The notes under the pieces: model-generated
What the model was told of the DNA's origin: nothing
What the model saw: the letters and a program-made list of their open reading frames with translations, nothing else
Databases searched by the model: none
NCBI GenBank assembly: GCA_039809385.1
Contig: JBDHUY010000013.1
Coordinates: 1-63,010 of the forward strand
Source of the DNA: Candidatus Altimarinota bacterium
GTDB taxonomy: Bacteria; Patescibacteriota; Gracilibacteria; JBDHUY01
DNA length: 63,010 nucleotides
Reading direction: 5' to 3'
Position numbers and translations under genes: made by a program
Shown: positions 46,497-56,446 of the stretch, in pieces
How the letters are laid out: every line of letters begins with the position of its first letter
Numbering within the stretch: the stretch's first letter is position 1

Positions 46497-48827
46497 TTAT
46501 AAGCTTTCCTTCTTCACTTTTTCGATTTTGTAGAATTCCATGATATCACCCACTTCGATCACGACCGGACCGTCATAACGCACACCGCACTCATAGCCTT
46601 CTTTCACCTCCGAGACAACGTCTTTGTCTCGTTTCAGCATCGAGATATCTCCTTCTCCGAGCAGTTTGTCCTGCCGAATGATCCTGACCTTGGCTTTCGT
46701 CTCGGCTTTGCCCTTGGTAACCCGGCCTCCCACGATCATTCCTTTTTTATCCTTTAAAAATACGGCGAGCACTTCGAGATCACCCAAGGCGATTTCGCGA
46801 ATTTCGGGATCGAGCAGGCCAAGCAGGATTTTTTTGATATCTTCCAAAAGCTGGTAAATGACGCGATACTGACGCACTTCTACTTTTTCACGCTGAAAGG
46901 CTTTTTCCACTTGGGGCGGGACCGAAACGGCAAATCCCATCACAATTCCTCCGCCAGCAGAGGCCATCAATACATCGGTTTCGGTAATGTTTCCAACGCT
47001 GCTGTGAATCACTTTGGCTTCGACTTCCGGGGACTGGATCTTTTCGATCGCGGCGGTAATTGCCTCGAGCGATCCTTTCGTATCGGCTTTGAGAACGATT
47101 TTGAGCGTTTTGAGCTGGCCGGCATGAATCCGGGCGATGATATCGCCCAATCCTCCCCCGCTGCTCAGGTGTGCGGTAGTACGCAGGCTCTTTATTTCTA
47201 TCGCTCGTTTTTTGGCGTTTTCAAGATCCTTCTCAACTTGAAGAATGTCGCCAACTGCGGGAACTTCGGACAAACCGGCTATCTGCACCGGCATACTGGG
47301 AAAAGCGGTTTTAATTTTCTTCAGCGTATGGTCGATCATGACTTTGATACGACCGTAAGACTCGCCGACTACGACGAAATCCATGAGATTAAGGGTTCCG
47401 GTATTGATCAGAATCGTGGCAACGGGTCCGAATTTAGGGTCAAGGTTCGATTCGATAACCGTTCCAACGGCAGGCCGATGCGGATTAGCTTTGAGCGGAT
47501 TCATTTCCGTGACCAGCAAAATCATATCAAGCAACGTATCTACGCCTTTCCCCGTCACTGCTGAAACGGGTACCACAATGGTCGATCCTCCCCATTCTTC
47601 CGGTACCAGACCGATCTCGGCCAACTGGCCTTTGAGGACTTCGAGATTGGCTTCGGGTTTATCGATCTTGGTAGCCGCTACGATAACCGGCACATTGGCA
47701 TCTTTGATATGATCGTACGCTTCGCGAGTCTGCGGTTTGACTCCTTCGTCGGAGGCTACGACCAAAATGGCAATATCGGTTACTTTGGCTCCCCGGGCTC
47801 GCATCGCGGTAAAGGCTTCGTGACCGGGAGTATCGAGAAAAGCGATTCTATTATGCTTGTATTCGACCTGATAGGCCCCGATTTTCTGCGTAATACCGCC
47901 AGCTTCGGTATCCAGAACATTGGACTTGCGGATATAATCGAGCAATCTGGTCTTTCCGTGATCGACGTGTCCCATGATACTGACAATGGGAGGACGGGAC
48001 TCTAATTTGCTTTTGTCTTCGTTGGCAAGCATTTTCTCCAGATTTCCCTGAAGCAGATCGGCAGAAGAAATATCTTCGCGTTGCCGGTTCAGCTGGATGG
48101 AAAAAGAATCGGCTACGATCTCGGCGGTATCGAAATCTATTTTATGGTTGATGGTGACGATCAGGCCGTTTTTCATCAATTCGGCAATGATCTTACTGAC
48201 CGGAACCGAAATCTTTTCGGCAAATTCCTTGACTGAGATAACGCTTGGGATTGTTACACTGCCTTTGGGAAGATGGACTGGCTCTTCTTCTTTTTCTTCG
48301 GTCTTTTCTTTTTCAGCAACCTTGGTCGAGGTAAGTTTCTGCTTCTTCTGAGCCCTAAGTATTTCGCGCTCCACTTCGCGCTCCACTTCTTCGATCACAG
48401 CCTCGGTTTTGGTATGTTCTTCCTCAGCTTCGATAATCTCTTTCAAAAGCGGATCTTCCTCTAAAGGGGGCAACTCGATATCCGGCGTCGGCTTCTTTTT
48501 CACGACTTCCGGTTTGATTTTGACAGGCACAGGCGTTTTTTCGACGCTCTTTTTTGAAGAAGTTTTTTGGGGCTCACTTATATCTTCGGATGCCTTGGCA
48601 GGCGATTTTTGGGCAGGTTTGGAAGACTTCTTCACAGCGGGTTTCGATTCTTTTTTGACCGTTTTTTTACTGGCGGGTTGAGACTTTTCCTCAAAGTATT
48701 TCTCCAGCGATTTGACATCTTTGGCGCTCAACGTTTCTGCGGACATGTCGATAGTGAGCTCTTTCATGGCATCTTTAAGAACTTTTTGCGAGATTCCGAT
48801 TTTTTTGGCTGCTGCGCTCAACGTCAT
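46497..48827 (-). CDS. infB: Translation initiation factor IF-2
   Basis: MGHVDHGKT, EAGGITQ, DTPGHEAF, TKID. Confidence 0.97.
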   Translation of the reverse strand: MTLSAAAKKIGISQKVLKDAMKELTIDMSAETLSAKDVKSLEKYFEEKSQPASKKTVKKESKPAVKKSSKPAQKSPAKASEDISEPQKTSSKKSVEKTPVPVKIKPEVVKKKPTPDIELPPLEEDPLLKEIIEAEEEHTKTEAVIEEVEREVEREILRAQKKQKLTSTKVAEKEKTEEKEEEPVHLPKGSVTIPSVISVKEFAEKISVPVSKIIAELMKNGLIVTINHKIDFDTAEIVADSFSIQLNRQREDISSADLLQGNLEKMLANEDKSKLESRPPIVSIMGHVDHGKTRLLDYIRKSNVLDTEAGGITQKIGAYQVEYKHNRIAFLDTPGHEAFTAMRARGAKVTDIAILVVASDEGVKPQTREAYDHIKDANVPVIVAATKIDKPEANLEVLKGQLAEIGLVPEEWGGSTIVVPVSAVTGKGVDTLLDMILLVTEMNPLKANPHRPAVGTVIESNLDPKFGPVATILINTGTLNLMDFVVVGESYGRIKVMIDHTLKKIKTAFPSMPVQIAGLSEVPAVGDILQVEKDLENAKKRAIEIKSLRTTAHLSSGGGLGDIIARIHAGQLKTLKIVLKADTKGSLEAITAAIEKIQSPEVEAKVIHSSVGNITETDVLMASAGGGIVMGFAVSVPPQVEKAFQREKVEVRQYRVIYQLLEDIKKILLGLLDPEIREIALGDLEVLAVFLKDKKGMIVGGRVTKGKAETKAKVRIIRQDKLLGEGDISMLKRDKDVVSEVKEGYECGVRYDGPVVIEVGDIMEFYKIEKVKKESL

Positions 48828-49078
48828 TTTTACTGGGATTGAAAAAGGAAAAACATACATGTTTTATTGTACCGTTGAAGTATCAGAAGTCAATTTTTTT
48901 GCATGAGGACAAGCAAAAAAAGCATATACCAGAAAATATGTCACAAATATTTTACAACTATAACCCGACTATAAGCACTTTGGCGTATGGTAAGGATATC
49001 GAGCTGGTATCTTCAAAAAATGCAGATATAGAACTGCGTAGAAAAAGATATTTTCACTTTTTTTCAATACGTCTCTTT

Positions 49079-49702
49079 TTAATTTTTGATTACATCGGAC
49101 CTAATTTTCACCGTTCCCTGCCTTAAAATTCGTATCGTTCTTGACGAAACATCAACCACGGTAGACGGAGGAACGGCGGGTAGCGTTCCAGCGTCGAAAA
49201 TAATATCGGGGCGATCTTCGCGATGCTGAAAACTTGCTACAATTTGCTCCAGAGCATAGGGGCTCTCTTCACCCGCCAGATTAGCGCTCGTGGTAATAAT
49301 CGGAGTACCCAGCAAGCGAACCAGTGTCAGGCAAAATGAATGATCGGGAATACGTATACCGATCGTATTGCTGCCCGTATTAAAGTATTGGGGACATTTC
49401 TTATTCTTTTTAACGACAAGGGTCAACGCTCCCGGCAAATAGCGTTCGACCAGCATACGTGCAGAATCGTTCATTAGACCGTATTGCGCAAACATATCGG
49501 TATCATCGACCATAATGCTAGTAGGTTTTTTGGCTTCGCGGGATTTTATTAAGTTTATTCTTTGAACACTTTTTTTATTCAACAAAGAACAGCCGATGCC
49601 ATAACAAGTATCAGTCGGGTAGACGAATACAGAATCGCTAAGTCGATCCTTCAAAGCAGCAAAATCGGCAGCGGAAAGATTTGAGAGGGGAATGATTTCC
49701 AT
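49079..49702 (-). CDS. tsaC: Threonylcarbamoyl-AMP synthase (Sua5/YrdC)
   Basis: YPTDTCYG, K.R, PGALT, RIPDH, TSANLAG, STVVD. Confidence 0.93.
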   Translation of the reverse strand: MEIIPLSNLSAADFAALKDRLSDSVFVYPTDTCYGIGCSLLNKKSVQRINLIKSREAKKPTSIMVDDTDMFAQYGLMNDSARMLVERYLPGALTLVVKKNKKCPQYFNTGSNTIGIRIPDHSFCLTLVRLLGTPIITTSANLAGEESPYALEQIVASFQHREDRPDIIFDAGTLPAVPPSTVVDVSSRTIRILRQGTVKIRSDVIKN

Positions 49703-50045
49703 AGGAGATCTTGAAAACAAACGATGCCCAGACTAACAAACTCCCGACCGGGGCGCAACTGTCAAAATAAAGCAGCGACGATTGGATTGAACCCGACCGG
49801 TTTTTTGCTAAGATAGCAAGCAGGGATCGACGCTATCAACAATCAGCTGGCAGTAAATGCAAAGTGCAAAATGTAAAGTGAGGTACAACAACGGTAAACA
49901 GTTTGGCATACATCATTGTCTTCCTCCAGTTCTTAACTTCTAGCTTCTATGATCTAAGGGCCACTTCGGAACTGTAAGCTGTTCGTTGACAGCTGTAAGC
50001 CTCTGTCTCCTGTCTCCCTCTCCCTGCTCCTAACTCCCCTCCCCT

Positions 50046-51716
50046 ATGCACCCCTCCAAACGTATCCCTTACAAAGGCGGACAAAACCTCTCGAGCGAGC
50101 AAATCGATTTTTTAAAACAATATTTGTCTTCGGCTGAAAGCGATATCTTTGCGCTAAAAGGATTGGAAGGAGTAGTGGGTGCGGCATTTGCGCGATACTC
50201 GAGACAAAAAGGCGGAGTCAAGGAAACGCTGCTCGAACTGGTCAAAGACGAACGCATCGACCCGGTAAAATCGACCGAACTGATCGAACGGATTTTAATC
50301 CAATACGGCGACGATAGCGTGGGCGAGCTGGAAGGAGCGCACCTGGCGCTGGAAAATATTTCCAACCTGGCTACCAAGGAGATCGAAGACCGTCGCATCG
50401 GCGGCTCGCCGATCGAACAATCCTCGCGCTATGTGGTGTACGACCATAAAGACGAAAACGGTAATTATCGCTACTATAAAGATAATGTCATCCTGGATTC
50501 ACCGGTCGGAGAACTCTATGTACAAACCATGGACCGCATCTTCGATACGTATTGTCGTCTGCAAGAACCGTTAAAGACGTTCTTTAGTACCAAGAAGTCC
50601 CTGGAAGAAGCCGAGTACGATATTTTAGGTACTGGGAAGAAGCAACGTTTCTCAGATATGCCGGACGAGAAAACGCAAAAAGATTTCAAGCGAACCTACA
50701 ATATGGATCTAAAAACTAAAACCTGCGATACGCTGCGTTGCATGTTGCCAGCGGCTACGTTGACCAATATGGGCATATTTGGGAACGGTCGGTTTTTTCA
50801 GAACCTCTTGTCGCATCTCTACAGTCAGGAATTACCCGAAATGAGAACCATAGCCGGCAATGCCCACCAGGCGCTCAATCAGGTCATCCCGGTTTTTGTA
50901 AAGCGGGCCGCGAAACTCGATTATATCGTACAAAGAAACGACACGATCCGGGAGTTTGCGGCATCGTTTCCTGACGGGGTCAAACCGAAAAAAAACACGG
51001 CACGCAGCACAAAACTCCTCGCCCGCCCCAGGAACGACCGGGAATTTCTGATATTTCTGTGTGCCGACATTCTTTTTCCATTTACGCATTTTTCGGCCTC
51101 TGAGCTTAGAAAAATCATTGCGCGACGGGAAAAAGAAATGCCCGGAATTTGCAAAAAAATCATCGACATAACTGCCGGAAATCGCCAAACGCGACGGGAC
51201 CGGGTGTCGCGGGGGTATGAATACGGGTATCCGTTTACGTACGAACTGGTCAACGATTTCGGAATATACCGGGACTTAGAACGGCACCGCATGCTGACAC
51301 AGCAACGTCAACTTTTAACGCCCTATCTGGGCTATAACATGCCCTCTGAACTACAGGAGGCCGGTGTAGAAAAAGAAGTAGAAAAAGTATACCGGATGTC
51401 CAAGAAGCTCTTTGAAGCCATGCGAGAACAATTGGGCGACCAGATGGCTCAGTATGCAGTTTGCTATGGATACCATTTACGCTACATTTTCGGGATGAAT
51501 CTGCGAGCGATCGAACATCTGACCGAGCTTCGATCATCCCCGCAGGGACACCCGAACTATCGTCTGGTAGCCCAGGAAATGGCGGCTCTGCTACCCGAGG
51601 TATTTAAGCCCGTGGTACGATTCGTGGACTATAACAACTACTTCTGGGCTCGCGGCGACAGTGAAGCAAAGCAGCGCCAGAAAGAACGGGCGTTTGAGGA
51701 GAGGCAAACGTCCTGA
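50046..51716 (+). CDS. thyX: FAD-dependent thymidylate synthase, long tandem-domain form
   Basis: ARYSR, YGDDSVGEL, EQSSRY, RDLERHR..QQRQ, ELRSSPQGH. Confidence 0.88.
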   Translation: MHPSKRIPYKGGQNLSSEQIDFLKQYLSSAESDIFALKGLEGVVGAAFARYSRQKGGVKETLLELVKDERIDPVKSTELIERILIQYGDDSVGELEGAHLALENISNLATKEIEDRRIGGSPIEQSSRYVVYDHKDENGNYRYYKDNVILDSPVGELYVQTMDRIFDTYCRLQEPLKTFFSTKKSLEEAEYDILGTGKKQRFSDMPDEKTQKDFKRTYNMDLKTKTCDTLRCMLPAATLTNMGIFGNGRFFQNLLSHLYSQELPEMRTIAGNAHQALNQVIPVFVKRAAKLDYIVQRNDTIREFAASFPDGVKPKKNTARSTKLLARPRNDREFLIFLCADILFPFTHFSASELRKIIARREKEMPGICKKIIDITAGNRQTRRDRVSRGYEYGYPFTYELVNDFGIYRDLERHRMLTQQRQLLTPYLGYNMPSELQEAGVEKEVEKVYRMSKKLFEAMREQLGDQMAQYAVCYGYHLRYIFGMNLRAIEHLTELRSSPQGHPNYRLVAQEMAALLPEVFKPVVRFVDYNNYFWARGDSEAKQRQKERAFEERQTS

Positions 51717-51753
51717 CGCGTAAGTTCACTGCTATCATCTTGATTGTAATGAT

Positions 51754-51836
51754 CTACGGGATTCTTTGTTCTCGCTAACGCGGGACTCAGAATGACCAGT
51801 ACCGGTCATTCTGAGAGAGCGCGAAGAATCCCGTAG
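51754..51836. repeat. REP-like palindrome (GATTCTT..CTCAGAATGAC / GTCATTCTGAG..GAAGAATC)
   Basis: Near-identical copy at 54093-54169; half copies at 41772-41797, 59771-59796 and 60342-60365. Confidence 0.8.
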
Positions 51837-51862
51837 CCTGCCGTTAACGCATCACAACCTGG

Positions 51863-52330
51863 TTACTTCTCCAGATCGATCTTCACCTTCTTGGCCTGGC
51901 TTTCCGGGGTTTTGGGTAACGTCACGACCAGCGTGCCGTTCTTCATATACTTGGCGCTGATCTTATCGCTCTCTACGGCAGTGGGGAGGGAAAACGAGCG
52001 GTAAAATTTCGTATGACGTTCACGCAGATGATACTGCTTCTTGTCTTTCATATCGTCTTCCGTTTTTTCGGATTGTTCGGCACTCAGCGTAAAGATGCCA
52101 TCTTGAACCTCGACCTGAATATTCTCGGGATCCATACCCGGCACGTCGGCTGTAACGACAATCTCGTGTTCGGTCTCTTCCATATCGACTCTCGGCATGG
52201 CGGCACGGGAAGAGACGCTCATCGAACGCGGCCAGTCAAAAAACCAGTTCATCAAGTCCTGCGTATCATCGGTCACGGGCGTCATGACCGGATGATTATG
52301 ACCCCTGGGAGCCCATCGAATGAGTTTCAT
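51863..52330 (-). CDS. Small heat shock protein Hsp20
   Basis: PRVDMEE, ADVPG, FYRSFSLP, NGTLVVTLPK. Confidence 0.95.
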   Translation of the reverse strand: MKLIRWAPRGHNHPVMTPVTDDTQDLMNWFFDWPRSMSVSSRAAMPRVDMEETEHEIVVTADVPGMDPENIQVEVQDGIFTLSAEQSEKTEDDMKDKKQYHLRERHTKFYRSFSLPTAVESDKISAKYMKNGTLVVTLPKTPESQAKKVKIDLEK

Positions 52331-52352
52331 AAAAATTGAATAAAGATATAAA

Positions 52353-52379
52353 TTAGCACTTGCTATATTAGAGTGCTAG
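52353..52379. promoter_or_regulatory. CIRCE element (HrcA operator) overlapping the hsp20 promoter
   Basis: TTAGCACTT-N9-GAGTGCTAG versus consensus TTAGCACTC-N9-GAGTGCTAA; minus-strand TTGACT-17-TAATAT overlaps it. Confidence 0.9.
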
Positions 52380-52541
52380 CACTGAAAAGTCAAGAGGAAG
52401 ATTTTATTGCAAATGTATTAGGTATTACGTATAAAGTATCTAGTATGGTACACTTTTTGTAAGCTCCAATGGGGCCTCTTCGGGGCTGTAAACCTGCCCT
52501 CTGCACCTCTCCCTTCTCCAGACTCCTAACTCCCCCCTCCC

Positions 52542-53060
52542 ATGCCCGCTACCATTACTAAAGACATGACCTTGACCGAAATTATCGACCAGGTGCCGGC
52601 AGCCCCGGATATCATGCTGGACTACGGACTGCATTGTTTCGGCTGCGCGTTTAACGGCTACGAGACGCTGGAACAAGGTATTCTGGGACACGGGATGAGC
52701 GAGGGAGACCTGGAAACCATCTTGCGGGAACTGAACGAAGCGTCCGAAGATTTGCCAACATTGACGGTAAAAGGCATTACCCTGACCGAACGGGCTTTGC
52801 GAAAAATAGAAGATATTCAGGAGGAGGAAAGCAAAACGGGGTGGCTGTTACAAGTGGACTTTCTGAAAAACGAGCAGGGAGACCGCGACTTTTTTCTCGA
52901 TTTTATTGAAGCTCCCAAAAAGACATATACACCGATCCGGTTTGAAAGTATTACGTTGGTATTTCCTACTAAAGCAGTAAAGTCGTTGGAAGGGCTTCAG
53001 ATAGACTACACGACGATAGGCGGCGAGGAAGGTTTTCGATTTGTCACCAAAAAGAGTTGA
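52542..53060 (+). CDS. DUF1858-domain + HesB/IscA-like protein
   Basis: ITKDMTL..YGLHCFGC...ETLEQG..HG; ITLTERA...LEGLQIDY..EGFRF. Confidence 0.85.
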   Translation: MPATITKDMTLTEIIDQVPAAPDIMLDYGLHCFGCAFNGYETLEQGILGHGMSEGDLETILRELNEASEDLPTLTVKGITLTERALRKIEDIQEEESKTGWLLQVDFLKNEQGDRDFFLDFIEAPKKTYTPIRFESITLVFPTKAVKSLEGLQIDYTTIGGEEGFRFVTKKS

Positions 53061-53084
53061 CATTATTGCCAGACTAATTACAAT
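53057..53084 (+). promoter_or_regulatory. Sigma70-type promoter
   Basis: TTGACA-N16-TACAAT. Confidence 0.7.
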
Positions 53085-53090
53085 AAAAAC

Positions 53091-53262
53091 GGTTTTTTTA
53101 GCAAAATTTATGCGATCTACCTATACCCTTCACATCTCGGCTGTCATTTGCCAGAATATCTCCTTTCCCTGGAAAGGTGTGAAGCGGTGTGTTGATCAAG
53201 GCTAACAAAGCCATAAAGAGACAATCAACAAAACCGCTTCGAGGAAAGAAGCGGTTTTTTGT
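53091..53262 (+). ncRNA. Candidate rod-shaped small RNA (6S-like?)
   Basis: Promoter, an extended bulged hairpin 53091-53212 with G-U pairs, and a terminator at 53230-53260. Confidence 0.5.
53230..53262 (+). terminator. Intrinsic terminator
   Basis: AAAACCGCTTC...GAAGCGGTTTTTT. Confidence 0.85.
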
Positions 53263-53372
53263 TCTTGAGATAAAGAATGCGTCCTAATAAGCACTCTTAC
53301 AAAAAAAGACGTTCCGAAATTGTATAAAAAAACACGAAAAAATTATTTATCATAATAATAAACCTACAAAAA

Positions 53373-53933
53373 ATGGAAGTTATTGAATTAAAAGTTACGA
53401 ACAATAGCCAAGGCATATTAGAGATTGAGTGCGACCAAGCGACATTACCAATAAATACTGGTACAGAATTGGATGATAAGCTCAAGGTATATATAACCAA
53501 CAGAACAAGAAGTAGAGTTACCACAACTCTTAATTTTGACGGCATCGTGATCATGCAGGGAAAGGAGATTGTGGGTGGACGCGGCATCAGTGCTCCCCAA
53601 GAAATTCCACATGCACATAGGGTACAAAATCATAAACAAGGACAAGTTCTGAATTTTGACAGAACTCCAATAGAAAAAAAACCTACCCATACGCGGAATA
53701 ATGCATCCTCAGAACCCTTAATATCCGTAAAAGAGGGTATCATGACGATACGATTTTTAATTACTAGATTGGAAATAGAAGAACAGGATGAAAGAAATGA
53801 TGAGTCCATGGAAGTGGAATACTCTTGGACAAAAGGCCAAGCACCAGTATTAACAGCAATGAATCACGCTTACCAAAAAAATCCTACCGCTAAGAAAGAA
53901 GTAAGAACATTTAGAAAAACTGCAACCGGATAG
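53373..53933 (+). CDS. Hypothetical protein
   Basis: 186-aa ORF followed by the hairpin TTGTGAGTGAGGAA...TTCCTCACTCACAA. Confidence 0.6.
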   Translation: MEVIELKVTNNSQGILEIECDQATLPINTGTELDDKLKVYITNRTRSRVTTTLNFDGIVIMQGKEIVGGRGISAPQEIPHAHRVQNHKQGQVLNFDRTPIEKKPTHTRNNASSEPLISVKEGIMTIRFLITRLEIEEQDERNDESMEVEYSWTKGQAPVLTAMNHAYQKNPTAKKEVRTFRKTATG

Positions 53934-54092
53934 GTATATTTGTTATAGAATTGTGAGTGAGGAAAGCAACCATAAATACGTTCCTCACTCACAACCCTAT
54001 TTCCTCATGATCACAGAAACAGCGTGGTCTTTTTTGGCGTGAGAAGCCTGAACTAGAGAGTGTTCCCTGGGAGGGAGTGGTAGACTGGGAGT

Positions 54093-54169
54093 ACGGGATT
54101 CTTCGCTCCCGCTAACGCGGGGCTCAGAATGACAGTCCCTGGTCATTCTGAGCGTAGCGAAGAATCCCG
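54093..54169. repeat. REP-like palindrome, copy of 51754-51836
   Basis: GGGATTCTTCGCTCCCGCTAACGCGGGGCTCAGAATGAC...GTCATTCTGAGCGTAGCGAAGAATCCC. Confidence 0.8.
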
Positions 54170-54459
54170 CCCCCACAGGCAATCCCTTCCGGCTTCCACC
54201 GCGCTGTCCGACCAGGAATCCCCGGTGTCCCCTTTTGCCTCGGGGCCGCATCTGGTAAGATGAGAAGAAACGGCAGGGAAAAAGAAGCATGAAGAGAGAA
54301 TTAAGAATTAAAGGAAAGGGGGCATTAAATTAGTAGAAATTCATAGAAATTGGTTGAAACCTACCCTGCTTAACTCCTCCATGCCAATACCTTGATTCAT
54401 GATTCACCTCCTTCCCCTGCTGTAAGCTGTCCGCTGTTGGCTGAAAATCATATCCTCCC

Positions 54460-56217
54460 ATGCTTCCTTTCTTCCAAAAGTACGCTCCCCTCCTCGTCTA
54501 CGCCATCCTGCCACTTTTCATCCTGTGGCACCTCTTGCTACCCGGCTATATTCTGACGCTGGACATGGTGTTCACGCCATTCATCCATTTCCGCCCCGAC
54601 TACGGCAACCTTGTCTATGCCTATCCGCTCTACGGCCTTCTGTGGCTGTTGAGCCAGATCGTTCCGGTGTGGATCCTACAAAAGCTCATGCTCTGGACGG
54701 CTTTTTCGGGAATGGGCTACCTGGCATATCGTTTTCTACCGCTGCCCGACAACAAGCCGGCCCGCCTGGCCGCGGGCCTCTTCTACACGCTCAACCCGTT
54801 CGTCTACACCCGTTTCATAGCGGGACAATGGACTGTTTTACTGGGATATGCATTACTCCCTTTGCTAATTGCCAGACTTTTAGATCTGCTGCGTACCCCC
54901 TCAACGAGAACCAGCCTGTTCTACTTTTTAACCATGTGGATTCTGTCCATATGTTCGATCCAATTTTTCGCACTGGCCTGCTACCTATCCCTCTTTACCG
55001 GAATCGTTTTTTTCATCGCAAATCTGATATACCGCCGAATCGACTGGATCAAACGCACCATAGGCTACGTGGTTGTCGGGGGTATCGGTTTCTTACTCGT
55101 AAACAGCTACTGGATCGGCGGACTGTTTACTCGATCACAAGCATTTGGAGAACAATTCGATTTACGCCACTGGGAAGTATTTTCCGCCGCTACACGTGGT
55201 AACATTCCGCTATGGCTCAATATGTTGTCCCTGAACGGCTTCTGGAGCGAAGATAACGTATGGGCCAGAAGTTTTCGCTGGCCCCAGGATTTTCCGCTCT
55301 TTTGGATAAGCATATCATTTATTTTTTTGCTTATACTCTTCGGCATCGCGATAACCGGATCACATCTCTGGAAAGGACATAAAGGTATTCCGAAAAACAA
55401 ACGTATTGACGAAAAAGACACAAGTTCAAAGAAGCAGAGAATCGGACTCGATACGCAAGTACTCTCTCCTTCAGTCGTTCTTTTTTTTCTGACGATCGGC
55501 ATTGCCGGCTACATCCTGGCCCACGGCGTCAGCAATTCGTGGTTCAAAGAATGTAATACCTGGCTGTTTCATACACTCCCCGGCTGGGCCGGGTTTCGCG
55601 ATTCTCAGAAATTGAGCGCCCTGTTGAGTATCAGTTTTGCCTTTTTCTTTGGCTGGGGCGTCGCAACGCTCACCGACTGGCTGGCCAAAAAGAGGCTGCA
55701 AAAGGTATATGTCACGGTGTCTCTCTTCGCACTTCTGTTACCATTCGGCACCGGCTTTCTGCTGCTGGGCGGAGCCCAAGGGCAACTCGAACCGGTTCAA
55801 TATCCCGCCGGCTGGTTTGGCGTGAAAGAAACAGTGGAGCAAGATCCCTCGAATGCGAAATTATTACTGTTGCCCTGGCACCGTTACATGCCGTTTCATT
55901 TTGCAAATAATCTTCTTTTGGATAATCCGGCCAATCGCTTTTTCGGTAACCGCGCGGTCGTGGCCAAAAATCTGGAAATCGGCGCCATCTATGACCAGGA
56001 GACCGACAGCGAATACCGCGATATCGACCGGACGATCCAAAACAACCGCGCCGAGGCCGAGGCATCGCTTCAAACACTGCTACGTTATAATATCCGGTAC
56101 ATCGCAAAGTTTAAGGAGATTGAGGGACAAGACAGATTTGTGTACCCATTTCTAAAATCACCTCGCTTAGAAATTCTACTACAAACGCCCGAAGTAACGC
56201 TCTTTCGGATACGATAG
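54460..56217 (+). CDS. Polytopic membrane protein, GT-C glycosyltransferase-like
   Basis: About 12 TM; YTLNPFVYTR, GYALLP, GFRDSQK, LLLPW. Confidence 0.7.
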   Translation: MLPFFQKYAPLLVYAILPLFILWHLLLPGYILTLDMVFTPFIHFRPDYGNLVYAYPLYGLLWLLSQIVPVWILQKLMLWTAFSGMGYLAYRFLPLPDNKPARLAAGLFYTLNPFVYTRFIAGQWTVLLGYALLPLLIARLLDLLRTPSTRTSLFYFLTMWILSICSIQFFALACYLSLFTGIVFFIANLIYRRIDWIKRTIGYVVVGGIGFLLVNSYWIGGLFTRSQAFGEQFDLRHWEVFSAATRGNIPLWLNMLSLNGFWSEDNVWARSFRWPQDFPLFWISISFIFLLILFGIAITGSHLWKGHKGIPKNKRIDEKDTSSKKQRIGLDTQVLSPSVVLFFLTIGIAGYILAHGVSNSWFKECNTWLFHTLPGWAGFRDSQKLSALLSISFAFFFGWGVATLTDWLAKKRLQKVYVTVSLFALLLPFGTGFLLLGGAQGQLEPVQYPAGWFGVKETVEQDPSNAKLLLLPWHRYMPFHFANNLLLDNPANRFFGNRAVVAKNLEIGAIYDQETDSEYRDIDRTIQNNRAEAEASLQTLLRYNIRYIAKFKEIEGQDRFVYPFLKSPRLEILLQTPEVTLFRIR

Positions 56218-56446
56218 ACCTGCCATACCGGGACGAAAAGACGATCATTTTAATACTATTCCTACAGAATTTTAGAGACATCCATGCTTCGACTATAGCG
56301 GATTTCGGATACACTGAATGACTTTGGGGGGAGAGACTGATATTTTTTTGGCTAAACTTTCAGCAGAATAACAGACCGTACCTTTACAATGAAGCGCGAG
56401 CCGCTAGAATGGGAATGTTTTACCTTGTCTCTTTTTCAAGCATATT

